A DNA stretch of 63,778 nucleotides, counting the filler, from Perkinsus chesapeaki ATCC PRA-425 (taxonomy: Eukaryota; Protista; Perkinsozoa): the NCBI GenBank assembly GCA_013115145.1. It is 5 parts of 5 records of this genome, joined end to end, with 100 filler letters (N's around TTAATTAATTAA, not from the genome) between each part and the next. Parts side by side here need not be neighbours in the genome. Positions count along the whole stretch, not along the records: positions 16,717 to 47,984 come from JAAPAO010000422.1; 4 more parts are not named here. One strand, written 5' to 3'. This document shows, piece by piece, positions 34,003-46,600 of this stretch (the stretch's first letter is position 1; the number at the start of each line of letters is the position of its first letter). The notes beneath the pieces were generated by a model. The model saw only the letters and a program-made list of their open reading frames with translations, ran no database searches and was not told where the DNA came from. Made by a program: the position numbers and the translations under genes.

Positions 34003-35606
34003 AGTGAACTTCGTCAATTAGTAGAGTATACTATGAAAAGGGGCGTGCCCGGCTGTACTCGCTGCTATTGTACATGCGTGCAAGCCGTGGCGCACACGAA
34101 ACGGGACATTTACAATTAGGAGCCAGATGCCGCGACCTCTCTCGATGCTACTGGAGGATAAAGACAGGTTCTCAGGCTTTCGGAGGCCTGTAAAGGGAAC
34201 AAAACGATGGCATTGCAGTGTTCCTTGTAGCATGCGTCGGCTCCGTCATTCGTCGAGGCGCAAGTTTTGCGCCACCAGGCATTTCTCGTTTGTGTCACAA
34301 ACGCGGCTCACAGACTTTGTGAGCAGGTCATCAAAACAAAACAACTTTGCAGGATAGTGGACATCTCTACGGTATGTCGTAGGCTTGTGCTGCAGAAAGG
34401 GTATGGTACAAGGCTTGTACTACAAGCGTGTGTGGAACAGTTATTCCGTCGGTGATCTGGTAGGATTTCCCGATTCGGAATTTCTCGAGGCAATCGCTAC
34501 TCGGTTCCACGTCAGAGACGTCTGAGAATGGGAATCCAACCAGTCGCTGGCAGCGACTTGCTGCTGTTGGAGACAATGTGCCGATGAGACCAGGCTCGCA
34601 GTGAGACTTGAGGGACGACCAGTTCATTGAGGCCTTATTGTCAAACGCCGCCTACGCGGCGCACACTCCGAGGAGCTCGTAAGTCATTCAGGGGGCTCAG
34701 GCCCAGAGATCCATCCACCTTTCTGGGAGTCGACGCGAAAGATCTTCGTTTCCAGGAGGGCCTAGTGCAGAGCATGGAATCCGATAGACCCATCGCGAGA
34801 GAACGAACGTCAAATCATTCTCAGGAACATTTTCCGTGGCCTGCTCACAGCATTGAACGAGTTCTTCCTTCACGGAATAGTAACATTTAAAATCTAGTCA
34901 AGATTACACACTTTGCTGTCAGCCTCAGATCCGATCAGAACTTAGTAAAGTTTACATGGAGTTCAGCATCGCAATCTGCACGAGTATGAATAAGACTAAA
35001 TTATCATGTCCTCTACAAATATGGTGATTGGAATAGGTGAGACTCGACTCAATGTTTCCGAAAACCAGGCAGCATAACGAGCGAGGTAATTCCCAGACGA
35101 TAAGATATCTGTTTCGCCTCCCTTGTAGATCGCGACGGCTTACTCGCGGTGAGATGTTCCAGAAAGCTTGAAAGTTTCTTAGGTGGAAAACATGTATAAT
35201 GTTTCCCTTTTTGGGAGAGATGTTCGTTTGTATTCACATCATGATGATGATGCGATGGGTATGTCAACGCCTCTAAGCCGACGTAAAGGTCAACGCTTCA
35301 CGCAGCTTCCACTTGGTTCTCTTGTGAATATTCACACCCAAAGGTGGTCAACTTCTTGCTGGTTTGGGGGAACTAGATCAACGCGGTTCGAATGTTAATG
35401 AAACCAGAATGAAATGGAGGTTCAACTAAATGATTCTGGGATCATGATAATAATAGAAAATGTGGGACGAAAATAGTGATAACCGAAAAGGCACTCAGAT
35501 CGAAAAGCCTTGTACTACAAGCAATGAATGCTCGGTCATTATTCACGGCACATGCTCATAGCTGATGGCATCAACGTTTATCTCATGTGCCATTGTGTAC
35601 CACAGT

Positions 35607-36455
35607 CTAGGACTTGGTTGTATTGAAAGCGCATACTCCTGTGATGTCGGTTTCGATGCATAGAGCGCCTTCCTGGCAATCTGCATCCTGGAAAAACAGC
35701 ATGCTCCAAAGGGGTGTAGTAGCTCATACCTCATCACACAAGATTATGCACACAGGCGGGTCATCACATACTGGCTCGTTTGCAGCTAGGGCGGGTGGGC
35801 AGTTTCCGTCAATGCAATAGGGAGCACAGACGGATATCTTGGGATCCTGTCAAGCAGTCTTCTGCAGAAAGCCCATGCCCTCCCTTTGCGAACAGTCTCA
35901 CAGAAATGAATAGTTTCAAACTTCCGGATCGGAAGTGTAAATTCGATCATTACGCGAGCTAGCAAGTTCCCGCTAGGGCTTCAAGAAAAGCAGTCAAGGG
36001 GAATCGGCTGCGCGAAAAGGCTCGGCTTCATCGCCGATACCACGCTCCCAACATCACAATGCCGGAGGCAATATGCCTCCTGTAACACTCTAGGATGTTC
36101 ATGCGTGCGTGACCGCATTACACAGTCTGTAGAGTGAATATTCGCGGAAAGAACAACCAGAAGGTACTGTACGGTTACCTTATAATAGTGAATAGGGTAC
36201 TGGTCAACCCCTCCGATTGCTGGGCATCCGGCATCATCATCAATTCTCCCGTATACTGAAATAATAAAATGCGACGGTATGGGCACGACCATTCACCGGA
36301 GCTTTACAAGTAGTTTCATTGCCTTTACGCAGCTTCTTGCTTCCCACGTTAGTCTCTCTTGAATCCTTCTTGGAGAATACATAACCAGCGAGTCCGCTAA
36401 GAGGTATGATCACGAATGCAAGCTCAGCCGGGCAGCAGGTTGCTGCCAGCAACAT
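35607..36455 (-). CDS. Cys-rich secreted protein, multi-exon, copy 1
   Basis: Spliced YGRIDDDAGCPAIGGVDQYPIHYYK ... CAPYCIDGNCPPALAANEPVCDDPPVCIILCDE/DADCQEGALCIETDITGVCAFNTTKS*; one internal exon not resolved. Confidence 0.7.
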
Positions 36456-37039
36456 CTCGCGCTCCCTACATTATTATGTCCTCACGAGACGGAGTACCGC
36501 TCGTCGTGCAGGCGATACCGAGTAGGGTGAGAAGGAGGAGAGGAGACATAGTACAGAGTTGCACTGGGAACTATCCGACAGGGGATTGATCAAAAAATTA
36601 TGCTAATAATGTTTTAAAGAGATGGTCCTATGTTGCCGGCTCGACAATGTCGAGCTCATTACCAACGGGGGAGTGATGGAGCCCTCGCTCCATCGAGCGC
36701 CGTGACGTGAACCAGTATATGACTACTTCGAAATGAGGGATATTGAAAAATAAAGGCATCGTAGGTTCAGGGGCTGGGAGACTCGATAGTGGACATTTCA
36801 CCGACAATGCAATTGGAGAGTACACTTTACACGAGATTTGCATCTTGGAGACTGGAGACTTAAATGCGTTTCTCATGGAGACAATGTTTGTGAGGTCGCA
36901 CATGTTGACGTAGCAAATCGCGCAACTGCCGCCCCTGCCTGGGTGCATGTCATGCACTTCCTTTCGGGCGATGAGCCAATGACAGTTGATCCGCCGTCCT
37001 AACACGAGAGTCATCGCGGGTAACTTTGAGTTAGTCATT

Positions 37040-37127
37040 TCCCTCGCCTACACTGAACGGTGTAGAGTATTGCCGTAGGCTGTGCGCTGGTCCCTCGCCT
37101 ACACTGAACGGTGTAGAGTATTGCCGT
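37040..37127. repeat. 37-bp direct repeat x2 (period 51) with an internal ctacac/gtgtag hairpin
   Basis: tccctcgcctacactgaacggtgtagagtattgccgt at 37040 and 37091. Confidence 0.9.
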
Positions 37128-37654
37128 GGGCTGGGTGCGGTGGGCGTGCGGGGTCTGTTCGTGCAGCTGAAGCTTGGGCCGAGAGCACACCACCAGCGCA
37201 CAGCAACGGCTGGCGCGAGCTTGTTACGGACATGTGTTCAATTACGAACCTCATTAAGGCTTATTGCGTAGCACACCGTGTGCTGCACACCTCGAGATCC
37301 CTTACTTACTAAGTAATACTTAGCTATTCTCTACAATTATCAGTCGGAGACCACTTACTGGGAGGCTCTCACTAGCACCAATCAGCAATTAGCAGTTTTC
37401 TTAACCGGTCTACTCCATGAAAGGGAGACTGCGTGTTTCACACCCGCCTAGTGCAATAAGATATTACACTCGGCATTTGTTATTAATGATGACAAATAGT
37501 TACTATTTAATAGTATGATTTAAATGTATTAGAAAGATTTTGAAACGACCGAGGGCAGCTCCCGTCTCCAAAACAGCAATTAGCAGCACATTGTGAGTCA
37601 CAATTGTGACACAATTTGTGACACATTCCGTCAGCCAGAGTCTGACATGCCCAC

Positions 37655-39364
37655 CGGGCCCAACGTATGTCACTCTCGGGCCCAACGTATGTCATACCAA
37701 AAAAGGTGGTTTAGACGAAGAAGAACCGTTCTTCAAGAACGCAGGCCTTCGGCCTGCTATAGTATCCGTGTTGCCCTAGGATATTCTACAGGTCTGGCCG
37801 AGGCCGGCCGAGCTTTAGTTCGGTTTGCAGTCTGTGTAATTAAGCCTCCTGTTCCGAGTAGAACGTGAGCAGAAGTTTGGGCAGCTCTGTTAGTGGGAAA
37901 GCGGTAATTTACCAATTTTAAAAATTGGTTCACCGCAGTTAAGCAAGATGTTAGCGAGTCGTTGAGCGTGTGTGAGTGTAGTGAAGTGATCAATGTTGAA
38001 CGTTCTGCGCGCGATCATAGCCGGATCGATATCAGCTATGAGCACGCAGGCGCATATCGGGGGAGATCTCCCTCTTTAGCCGCCTTTATCGGAGCCGTCT
38101 TCTCTGATGGTGTCCATTGACGCACCCTAGTCTGTTGCGTTCATACGAAACACTTGCACAAGTCATGACATGGTGCCCAGACCCAGGAACGTGTGTTCCT
38201 CAGAAGCTTCAGCTTTTCCTTGTGCCCACGCGAGTGTTTCCCCGAGCTCCCCGGAGCTTGCGGAGCCCCCTCCTGATGGAAGCGAGGCCGAGGAGTATGT
38301 GCTTGGTCTTGGCGGTTGTGATCAAGATGAGGGCATGCGTCCTGACCCTGTCCAGTCATCCCAATCATCTGCTCCGGTAGGAGGACAACAGAGCGCTGTG
38401 GATGCACCCCTTGGAAGCCCTGCCGAACCCATTTTCTCGGGATCTGGCCTACCTCCCCCACAGGGCGGCCCGCCTTTTCCGGCGGCACCTCCACCTCCAG
38501 GTGACGACCAGGCCGATCATGCCCGCCGCTCGGTCAAGTCCGAGAAGCTCACTGGCATCGACAAGCAGGCCAACAGTCTTGAAGTCTACGAATTTATCTC
38601 CAGACTGGAGTCCAGAGTCAAAGCCCACTTGAAACTATTAAGTGTCCGCTCCTGTAATCATTATCAATATTTGCTCTTGAATACACGTCTAGCCGCCTAC
38701 AACGCCCTCACCAACAATGTCAGATTGCTCATCAACGACCCGCAGGCTTTTGAGAGAGGGGTATCTGTCTTGCAGGAACGCTTTGGCGTGGGTCGCCATG
38801 ACTTATGGGCTTTGGCCCGTACCCGTTCGTCTTAATCTTGGGCGAGACCACTCCTGACTCAATGGGTGATCTCCAAAAATACTTATAGTCTGCCGGAGGT
38901 TCTCCACATCTCGAGATCCTGTCTCGACTGGGTGGTCGTCATGTCTTTCTGGCATGCTCTACCGTCCTGAGGACGGCGTCCTCCTTCCCAGGTTTGGACA
39001 ACCTCCGCACTGCCTGGTTGACCCAGGTCCGTGAGGGAGCGCCTTACATTGAGACCGCCTTGAACCTTACCCGTTCTATTCGTGTTGAAGGCCATGAAGG
39101 CGTTGCTTTGGTTCAGAATCATTATTCTCGGGTGCTTTCTTCTGAGGGTAAGGGTAAGGGCATACCCACTGGTACTGGCAAGGGCAAAGGACAGCGTCGA
39201 GGAAAGGGTGGCTCTCCTGAGGGATAGGAGCGAACGAGCTGACTGTGTACGTGTTTCAAGCAATCGAGTTGAGTGTGAACGTGATTTATGGAGATTAAAC
39301 ATTAAGTGCACGTGTTTTATGTGTATCAATTGTTAACATCCCAAAGTGACATACGTTGGGCCCG
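37655..39364. mobile_element. 1.7-kb element bounded by a perfect 20-bp inverted repeat, carrying a gag-like ORF
   Basis: cgggcccaacgtatgtcact (37655-37674; 18-bp second copy 37677-37694) and its reverse complement agtgacatacgttgggcccg (39345-39364); no TSD found. Confidence 0.6.
38170..39227 (+). pseudogene. Gag-like protein (Pro-rich N-terminus, AFERGVSVLQERFG helix, GKGKG tail), frameshifted; no pol
   Basis: ORFs 38170-38835 and 38994-39227; pattern resembles the BEL/Pao gag DUF1759 region. Confidence 0.5.
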
Positions 39365-39930
39365 TACAGCGTCTGGCTTTCCTCCACACATTTGACACAA
39401 CTTGACTAAAGGCACCGCGTATTAAGTACGTTGTGTTTATCAAGTACGAACGATTCGTACCCTAGAATAGTAACGTTGGCAAGAATCTGGTTGGGGAACT
39501 TATTACTACACCCCATAGAACCGCTACGGCCCACGGATCGTTGGCAGTGGATCCCTGCATCATAATTTCCATCATTATTATATACAGTATTTGCCCTCAG
39601 CACTGCGGAGCCTGCAGCCAACTCTCTTTGTCGAACAATCAGGAGACGCTGCCTTCACAGCTTGTGTTTTGGTGAAATGTCGGACCCCCCAGGGGATGAG
39701 TTACGGACTGAGAACCGTTTCTTGAACTCAACGCGACTCGCAAGAAACGCGACTAAGAATGAATACTAGACTGTACTATTTGGAAAATCCGACTAACGAA
39801 GAAGTGGGACGAAAATTGGTTTTTACCATGAAACATCTGAATCGAAAATGCCAGGTGTTGCCCAAGATTGGAGGACAACAGCGTTTATCTCTCGTAATAC
39901 ACTTTACGTGCTAGCGATGTTTACCACAAC

Positions 39931-40490
39931 CTAGGACTCGGTTGTATTGAAAGCGCATACTCCTGCTTTGCCGGTGTTGATGCATATAGCGTCTTCCTGG
40001 CAATCTGCATCCTGAGGAAAATCACGCTCAAAAGGGTGTCTCATAAGATCTAGTGACTTATACCCCATCGCACAGGATTATGCAGACTCCGGGCGGATCA
40101 TCACATGTTGGCTTGTTCGCAGCTGGAGCGGGTGGGCAGCTCCCGTCAATGCAATAGGGTGCACAGAAGGACAGCTTAGGATCCTATCAACCATTCTACT
40201 ATATGAACCACGAAAGCGGACGAAGCGGCATGGTTGCCTTATAGTAGTGAGAAGGATACTGGCCGATCCCTCCAACTGTTGGGCATGTGTCATTAGGATC
40301 AATTCTTCCGTATACTAAAATGGCGAAATCTGCCAGTGAAGCCATCCGGTATCAATTGTTTACAGGTCACTTCCTGCTCGCCGTGGAGCTTCCCATTCTT
40401 CACAATGATCTTTGTTAGATCCCTTTGAGGGAACGAATGGCCAGCAAACTCACTGAAAATATGATAGTAAAAGAGTCGCCAGGATAACTA
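39931..40490 (-). CDS. Cys-rich secreted protein, copy 2 (first exon may be frameshifted)
   Basis: YGRIDPNDTCPTVGGIGQYPSHYYK ... CAPYCIDGSCPPAPAANKPTCDDPPGVCIILCDG/DADCQEDAICINTGKAGVCAFNTTES*; last intron at the same position as in copy 1. Confidence 0.65.
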
Positions 40491-41729
40491 CTGTAGATCA
40501 GTTCCTGTTCCTACGTTATTTCACTATCATGAGACCAAATGCTGCCCGTCATACTGACGATACTGAATACGGCGAAGAGGAGCATTGTGGATTTGTGCTG
40601 AGAACTAACCAACAAAGGATTGCTCAAAATGGCCAAGTTGAGGATTGAGAACTGAATTGATCCTGTTTTCACTGAGCCCTTACAGTGTTCGCGTTCGCGG
40701 AGTCGTGTGGAGCATTTTTCTCCATAAAACGCATGCCAAGAATCTAACAATGACGTATTTTGCAAAACGAGGGAATCGCGGCTCTTCATGATAGAGACAA
40801 CTCCCCATTATGTGACCGTTCGTAGTAATATATCACGAACTACAAACTGGAGGGACTGTCTTTGCTTATGGTCTGCATGGGAACCGATGCTCAGAGAAGG
40901 AGACAATCCCCAGAGTGTCGCACAAGACTTTCAGTGCACCGCACGACTTCGCACAATTCCAGCCATTTGTTAGAGCCCGAGCCTTTATGCCCGGTACACG
41001 CTAGTTTAACAGTGAACAGTTAACTGTGAAGTTTACCTCTCTCACTTCTACTCCAGGCTTAACAATTATCGTTAGAGTTGAGGATTCATACATGCTGCGT
41101 CTAGTTACGTAATAGTACATGCTGCCGACTCGACGTACTCGACGACTGTGCGTGTTCAGCACATCGTGCTATCGGCTTTCTCAGACAGTTGATTCGAGCC
41201 TAAGTAATACCTTGCCAACCCAACATCGGAAATACATGCTATACGAAACGCGCCATGGTTCTACAAAATGCTCCACTAGTAGTGGACCACTACTGTGAAT
41301 GCTGTGAGAATAACCTGCCGCATTTCCTACTGTCCCATGTTGAGCATATAGAGTTGATCAAGAGTCAGTGATTCACTCTGCTGTGCACCAGCCTCCAGTA
41401 AGGGCACCAATCTAGTTAAAATAATGGAAACAATAACATCAAGATAGTGGAGCTGCCTTTGAAGAGACAGCAAATTAGCGGAGTACTCCTAGTATATGAA
41501 TAATGATAGTACATACTATTTATAGCTCTTACTTATCCACCACAGCCCACCTGTAGATTTGTGTGATACTATCCGAGCCGCGACCCTCCTAGTATCCTAT
41601 TAGTCAAACTGATTTCGGTAGTGTTTTTATTGCTCCACCGCTATTGCGGCTAAGCGCCATCGGCGCCGTATTCATCACGTTAAATTGAGATTCTCGCCAT
41701 TATCTGGTAGTATTTGATATTTTATTAAC

Positions 41730-42576
41730 ATGCCTTCGTTATTAGACGACCAAAATGGTGTTGAGGTAATTGAGGGCATTTCTGCATGGTATTTGCCTAC
41801 CAATGATGGTACTTATAGTGCTTGTAGGACTTTTATTATTGTTATTAGATATTGTCAAGAATGATCCTGGTATGCCACATGAAACCAATAATAAAGTATC
41901 GCTTGAGTGCTTAAACAGTCTAGGGGTCATAATGAATACCAAGATATAATAATGATGTATATATTAGGTCTTATCAACTAATGTTAATAATCCAGCTGAA
42001 TGGCAGAATGATGAGAGACTAACCAAAATAAGAAATAAAAGAGGGTAGTTTCGTCGCTGGAATGATCAACATTGAGTATTATTATCAGATATCATTCGTT
42101 CGACGAAGTTGTTTTCGACGAGCCCCTCAAAGACGAACAAAAAGGAAGGTTCTTCAGCGAACATTTACACACTGATGAGGAGATTAGATTTCTCAGCCAT
42201 GGCATAGGGTAATTATATACTACAAACAATGCTCATGTTTGTTATATTCCAATTGTTAGGTATTTTGATATTCGTGACACCCATGACAAGTGGATTAGAG
42301 TCATGATAGGCCCAGGTGTACTTATTGTAATATCAAATATTAAGCATCACTGCTATTATAACTATTCAGATATTACCAGCTGGTATGTGGCACAGGTTCT
42401 ATACAAGTACCGAGAAGAACGAGACCACATACCCATGTATAGTGCATAGACTGTTCACAACGGAACCTCATTGGAGAGCATTTCATAGATTAAATACTGA
42501 TAACATGACTGAGAGTGATATTAAAGAAATGATGATGACTAATAACAAGTATATTCAATCACTATCATCTCAGTGA
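41730..42576 (+). CDS. ADI1: Acireductone dioxygenase (methionine salvage, cupin), 6 exons
   Basis: SAWY, FFSEHLHTDEEIRF, GYFDIRD, KWIRV, ILPAGMWHRF, RLFTTEPHW; five short GT-AG introns. Confidence 0.93.
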
Positions 42577-43486
42577 CGATACTGTTGTTCTGCTCCGAGT
42601 GATTTATTCCACCGTTACTTGTCAAAAGAGGATCTCTGTCTATCAGCCGCTATCCGTCATTTGGAAGGTTTGTTGCGCTCACTTTTGTTGACTGCTCGGC
42701 TGCTATCGAGTTCTATTCGTGCTTCTAATACTCATTGATAGTACTATTGTCATTATGCAGTATGAAAATCACACTGCGAATGATAATAAATAACGAAATG
42801 GACCATAGCCGCAGCAACAACACTCATAACAGCTGCGTTGTCATCATAAGCGGTTACGGTTTCATTGTCACTATTAGCTTTCTGTAGTCAATACCAATCA
42901 CCGTTGAAGTAAAAGGCTTTTTACTAAAAGCTAAGTGTGCGGCTAGTGTGCGGCGCTCTCCGACATAAGTGCGCCGCGCATTAATACTCTCACGGTGGGA
43001 GTCTCACCAGCACTTACTAATGAGGTACGTTACCTCAGGTACCTCGGTTCGTCCATTTCTCGTTTTGTACATGGTATATTTCATCCGTGAGTATTCCGTA
43101 CACTTCGGTGTTCGTACACCATTTTCTGTCCATGCTTGTTTCGAGCAAAATCGTTCCACACATGGCGTATCATGCAATTATGTTCTAACACTGCATGGTT
43201 TATTCATGATCATCATGGCATGATGAAACATACCATGTACGAAACGGAAAAGGGTAAACCTCACCCGCCATTCCATAAGCCAATAGATGAGTTCCTCTAA
43301 AATCGAAGCATGCTTATGAGTTCGAGTTGTATGCCGCCAGTGGCGATCCGCATGATCGATAGGTTTGGTACAATAGAGATGTACCCGTGATATGAAAGCC
43401 ACTAGTGAAAACCGTTTATCGGTTTTGACTCCACCGAAACCGCGAAAAAAATATATAAAGCTGTTCGGGCTTATTCTTAGGATCCA

Positions 43487-43628
43487 TGTTTAACACAACA
43501 GTTAGATATATAGTTATCCAATAACAGTAAATATAACACATAAATAACTGGACACTAAGCTAAGGGGACAGTCATTGTGTAGCTAAGTATTTATAAGTGT
43601 GCAAGTGTATGTCCGGGAAATGCTTACA
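43487..43628 (-). repeat. Putative short 3' LTR (about 142 bp, TGT...ACA) preceded by a polypurine tract
   Basis: Minus strand: AGGGGGGCG then TGTAAG...TTAAACA just after the pol stop; 5' LTR is beyond the contig end so the boundary cannot be confirmed. Confidence 0.5.
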
Positions 43629-43654
43629 CGCCCCCCTAGGACTTCACTTCACGC

Positions 43655-46600
43655 TTATACAACAGCGGAGAAACAGAAAACATCAGGGCAATGAAACACC
43701 TGTGGATTCACTGAATAGTCTAACTCACTCATGAAAGTATCTTCCCTGAAAGGAAGTAGTTGCTCAATTGATACATAATTTTGCTTCCCATAAAGCTTAT
43801 AAAGATATCTATTTACAGGATGGATAGCCTGTATAACAAATGGCCCTTGTATCACTCTCTTTTGATTGATTCGCCTGACAAGACGGACTTTATCTCCTAC
43901 ATGGAAAAGAAACCTAGGAGATCTAGACAGTATCTCTCGTATTTCAGCATTAGCAGCTCGTTCGTCTCTTTGTTGGCGATACTGGATATACCGGTCTTCA
44001 ATAGTTTTTGCCACTCCAGATGGCAAAATATCACCCTCTATGTCTAAACCCATTGTTAGAGCATGTGGGGAGTAGCCACTTCCAACTAAATTTGATTGGT
44101 TATGTATTAATCCACTTAGAAGACCAGATATATACCATGGGCTAGATACCGGTGTCGCTAGGTTCGCCGTAACAGTCTCTTTTACTGATCTTATTGCACC
44201 TTCAACCAACCCTTGGGTTTGTGGTCGTCTAGCAACGCCATATAGTAACTCGATGTTCCAATTTTTCGCAAAAATAGTCAATTCATCACTAACATGAGCA
44301 CCTGCTTGATCCAATTGAATGAAGCTCGGAATATTATACACCTGGAACCAGACAAGTAAACCCATTATCAGATCCAATGCTGAGGTACTATGTGTCGGTA
44401 GGACTAACATAGCCCGTGTGCCTTCATCTACCATTACCAGAAGATGATGAAGCTCACCAGGACAATGGACATCTGCTGGTTTATAATAAGCTTCCATTGA
44501 TCCAGTAAAGTCCACTTGGATAGTATTAAAACGACCCATCCCTCTTCTAAATACCAATGGTTGAGGATTGTAAGGTTCGTATGTTTTTCCCAACTGACAT
44601 TGTTGGCATCCTTTTATCCATTTAGTTAGATCTTTAACCATTGACGGCCACCAGAAACCATTTTTCTGAGTACTTTGGATGGTGCGAGGCGTCCCACGGT
44701 GCACACCAGTTTGCACATTTATATGGTACTTGTACAAGGCCCATGCTCTACTGCGCTTAGTTGGAAGGTAAGCTAACCATGGAGTCTTACGTTGTAAGTC
44801 TCTGTAAAATAGGAGGCCTTCTTCTAGTTTAAACCGATTGCCTGACTTTGCTCCACCAAAGCAAAGTCTCTGTATATCTTCTTCATACGGTTGACCACGA
44901 TGTAGAGCTTCTACTACCTTCTCTAAGCATATCCCATAGAGCTTGTGATTTTTAGTGAATACCGCATCACTGAGAGCTTTTCTGCAGTGCTCTAGTATAT
45001 CGTCAGTAGATACTTCTGAAACATTGGTAAGGGACTCGTACTCAATCTTTCTATCACCATTTTCCTCATTTTCAATAACCGACGTCGCAACCATAGATAT
45101 TCCATTATAGGATTCAATATTAATATCAGGCTGGTAGCGTCTGCTAGCTTGCGGGGCCGAAGTATATGTACAAATGAGAGAATCGGTAAACGCAATACAC
45201 GATAGCGCTTCCTTATTCTTCTTCGTAGGAGCCTTTCCCTTCATTAGCGAAGGAGTTTTCTGAAGGCCATCTAGTTTCGGGTATTGAGCACCCTTTCTAG
45301 ATAAGTTATCAGCAGCCGAGTTGAGTACACCAGGAAGATACTTAACACTGATATCAAGGTTATACTCTTTCTTAGAGTAAAACAGAAGCTCCTTCGCTTC
45401 ATCGTGCATTCTATGCACGGCTTGAATATCATACCTCCTGTTTAATGAACTCGTGCTCCACGAGGTAGCGGTAGTATTATCACAGAAAAGAGAAACACCT
45501 CTTAGTCTAGTACCAGATTTACCAAACTTCTGAAGCCATGACAATAAGAACCTAAGGGTTTTTAATAGCCACAGGAACTCTTTTCTGTTTACATGCCACT
45601 TTTCCTCTTTCTCGTTAAAGGTACTTGAATGTGCCTCTAATAAGACAGTATCAGGGTCACCAGGCCTCCCTGACTCGGAAGGCGATGAAATAATGCAACA
45701 GCCGCCTCCGACCTCACAGGCATCACAAAAACCTAGCAAATAATGATGATTCATTGGAATTGCAAGGTGACTACAACCAGAGAAATCTGCGACAGCATCG
45801 CTCACCATTTTCTGGACAGCTGACATAGTATCAGCTGATATATCATATTTCACGTCCCATCCACCCGTGGCTTTTCCTGACCACGCTCGCAGCAAATCCG
45901 CAACCAGTCGGGATGTTGCATGGCAATACAAAGGATCGTAAAATTGACCACAAACTGAAAAGATTAATCTCTTACAGACTTTCAGCGGCACAACTGTTTT
46001 TTCGCAATCAATAAGGGGACATTCCAAAGAAAGCTCATTCTCTAAGGACAATTTCCACCAAAGCCCTAAGTGGAAAGCTTTCGACCCTCTCGCAAGATGA
46101 GTCTTCTTCTTCTCGGGTATTTCTACCCCGAGAGAAGGCGCTATTCTACATAGAATATTCTCAAAAGTGTCTACGAGCTTCTTTGTGCCAATGACAAAGA
46201 AGTCGTCGTAGTAAGGGATTATCATTAATCCCGGCACTACGTCTATTAATCTAGACGTACAAGTAGCTTCAACTTCCCGGCCTAGCATTGCCGATAGCAC
46301 TGCATTACAGAGCACCAAAACTTGCGAAGCAAGACCACAAGGACCATATCTTACTCCAAAAATAACTCTGTCACATAAAAACTTCTTTCCAATAGATTTG
46401 ATAAGTACATGCTTCTTATGTGCTAAACGCACTTTATAAAAAGCACGTGATAGATCTAATACTGTCAACGTAGAGTTGTCACTATTCCATCCAGCCCTAG
46501 CAAACTTCACAATATCGTCAATAGCCCAGCCAGAGTAACTGGCTGTTTCCACACGGCCATTGAAGAGTCTGGCGTCACTGCAGGCTCTAATTTTCGTACT

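Noticed and set aside
36628-37038. 136-aa ORF as a RING protein
   Set aside because: Cys/His spacing does not fit a RING consensus
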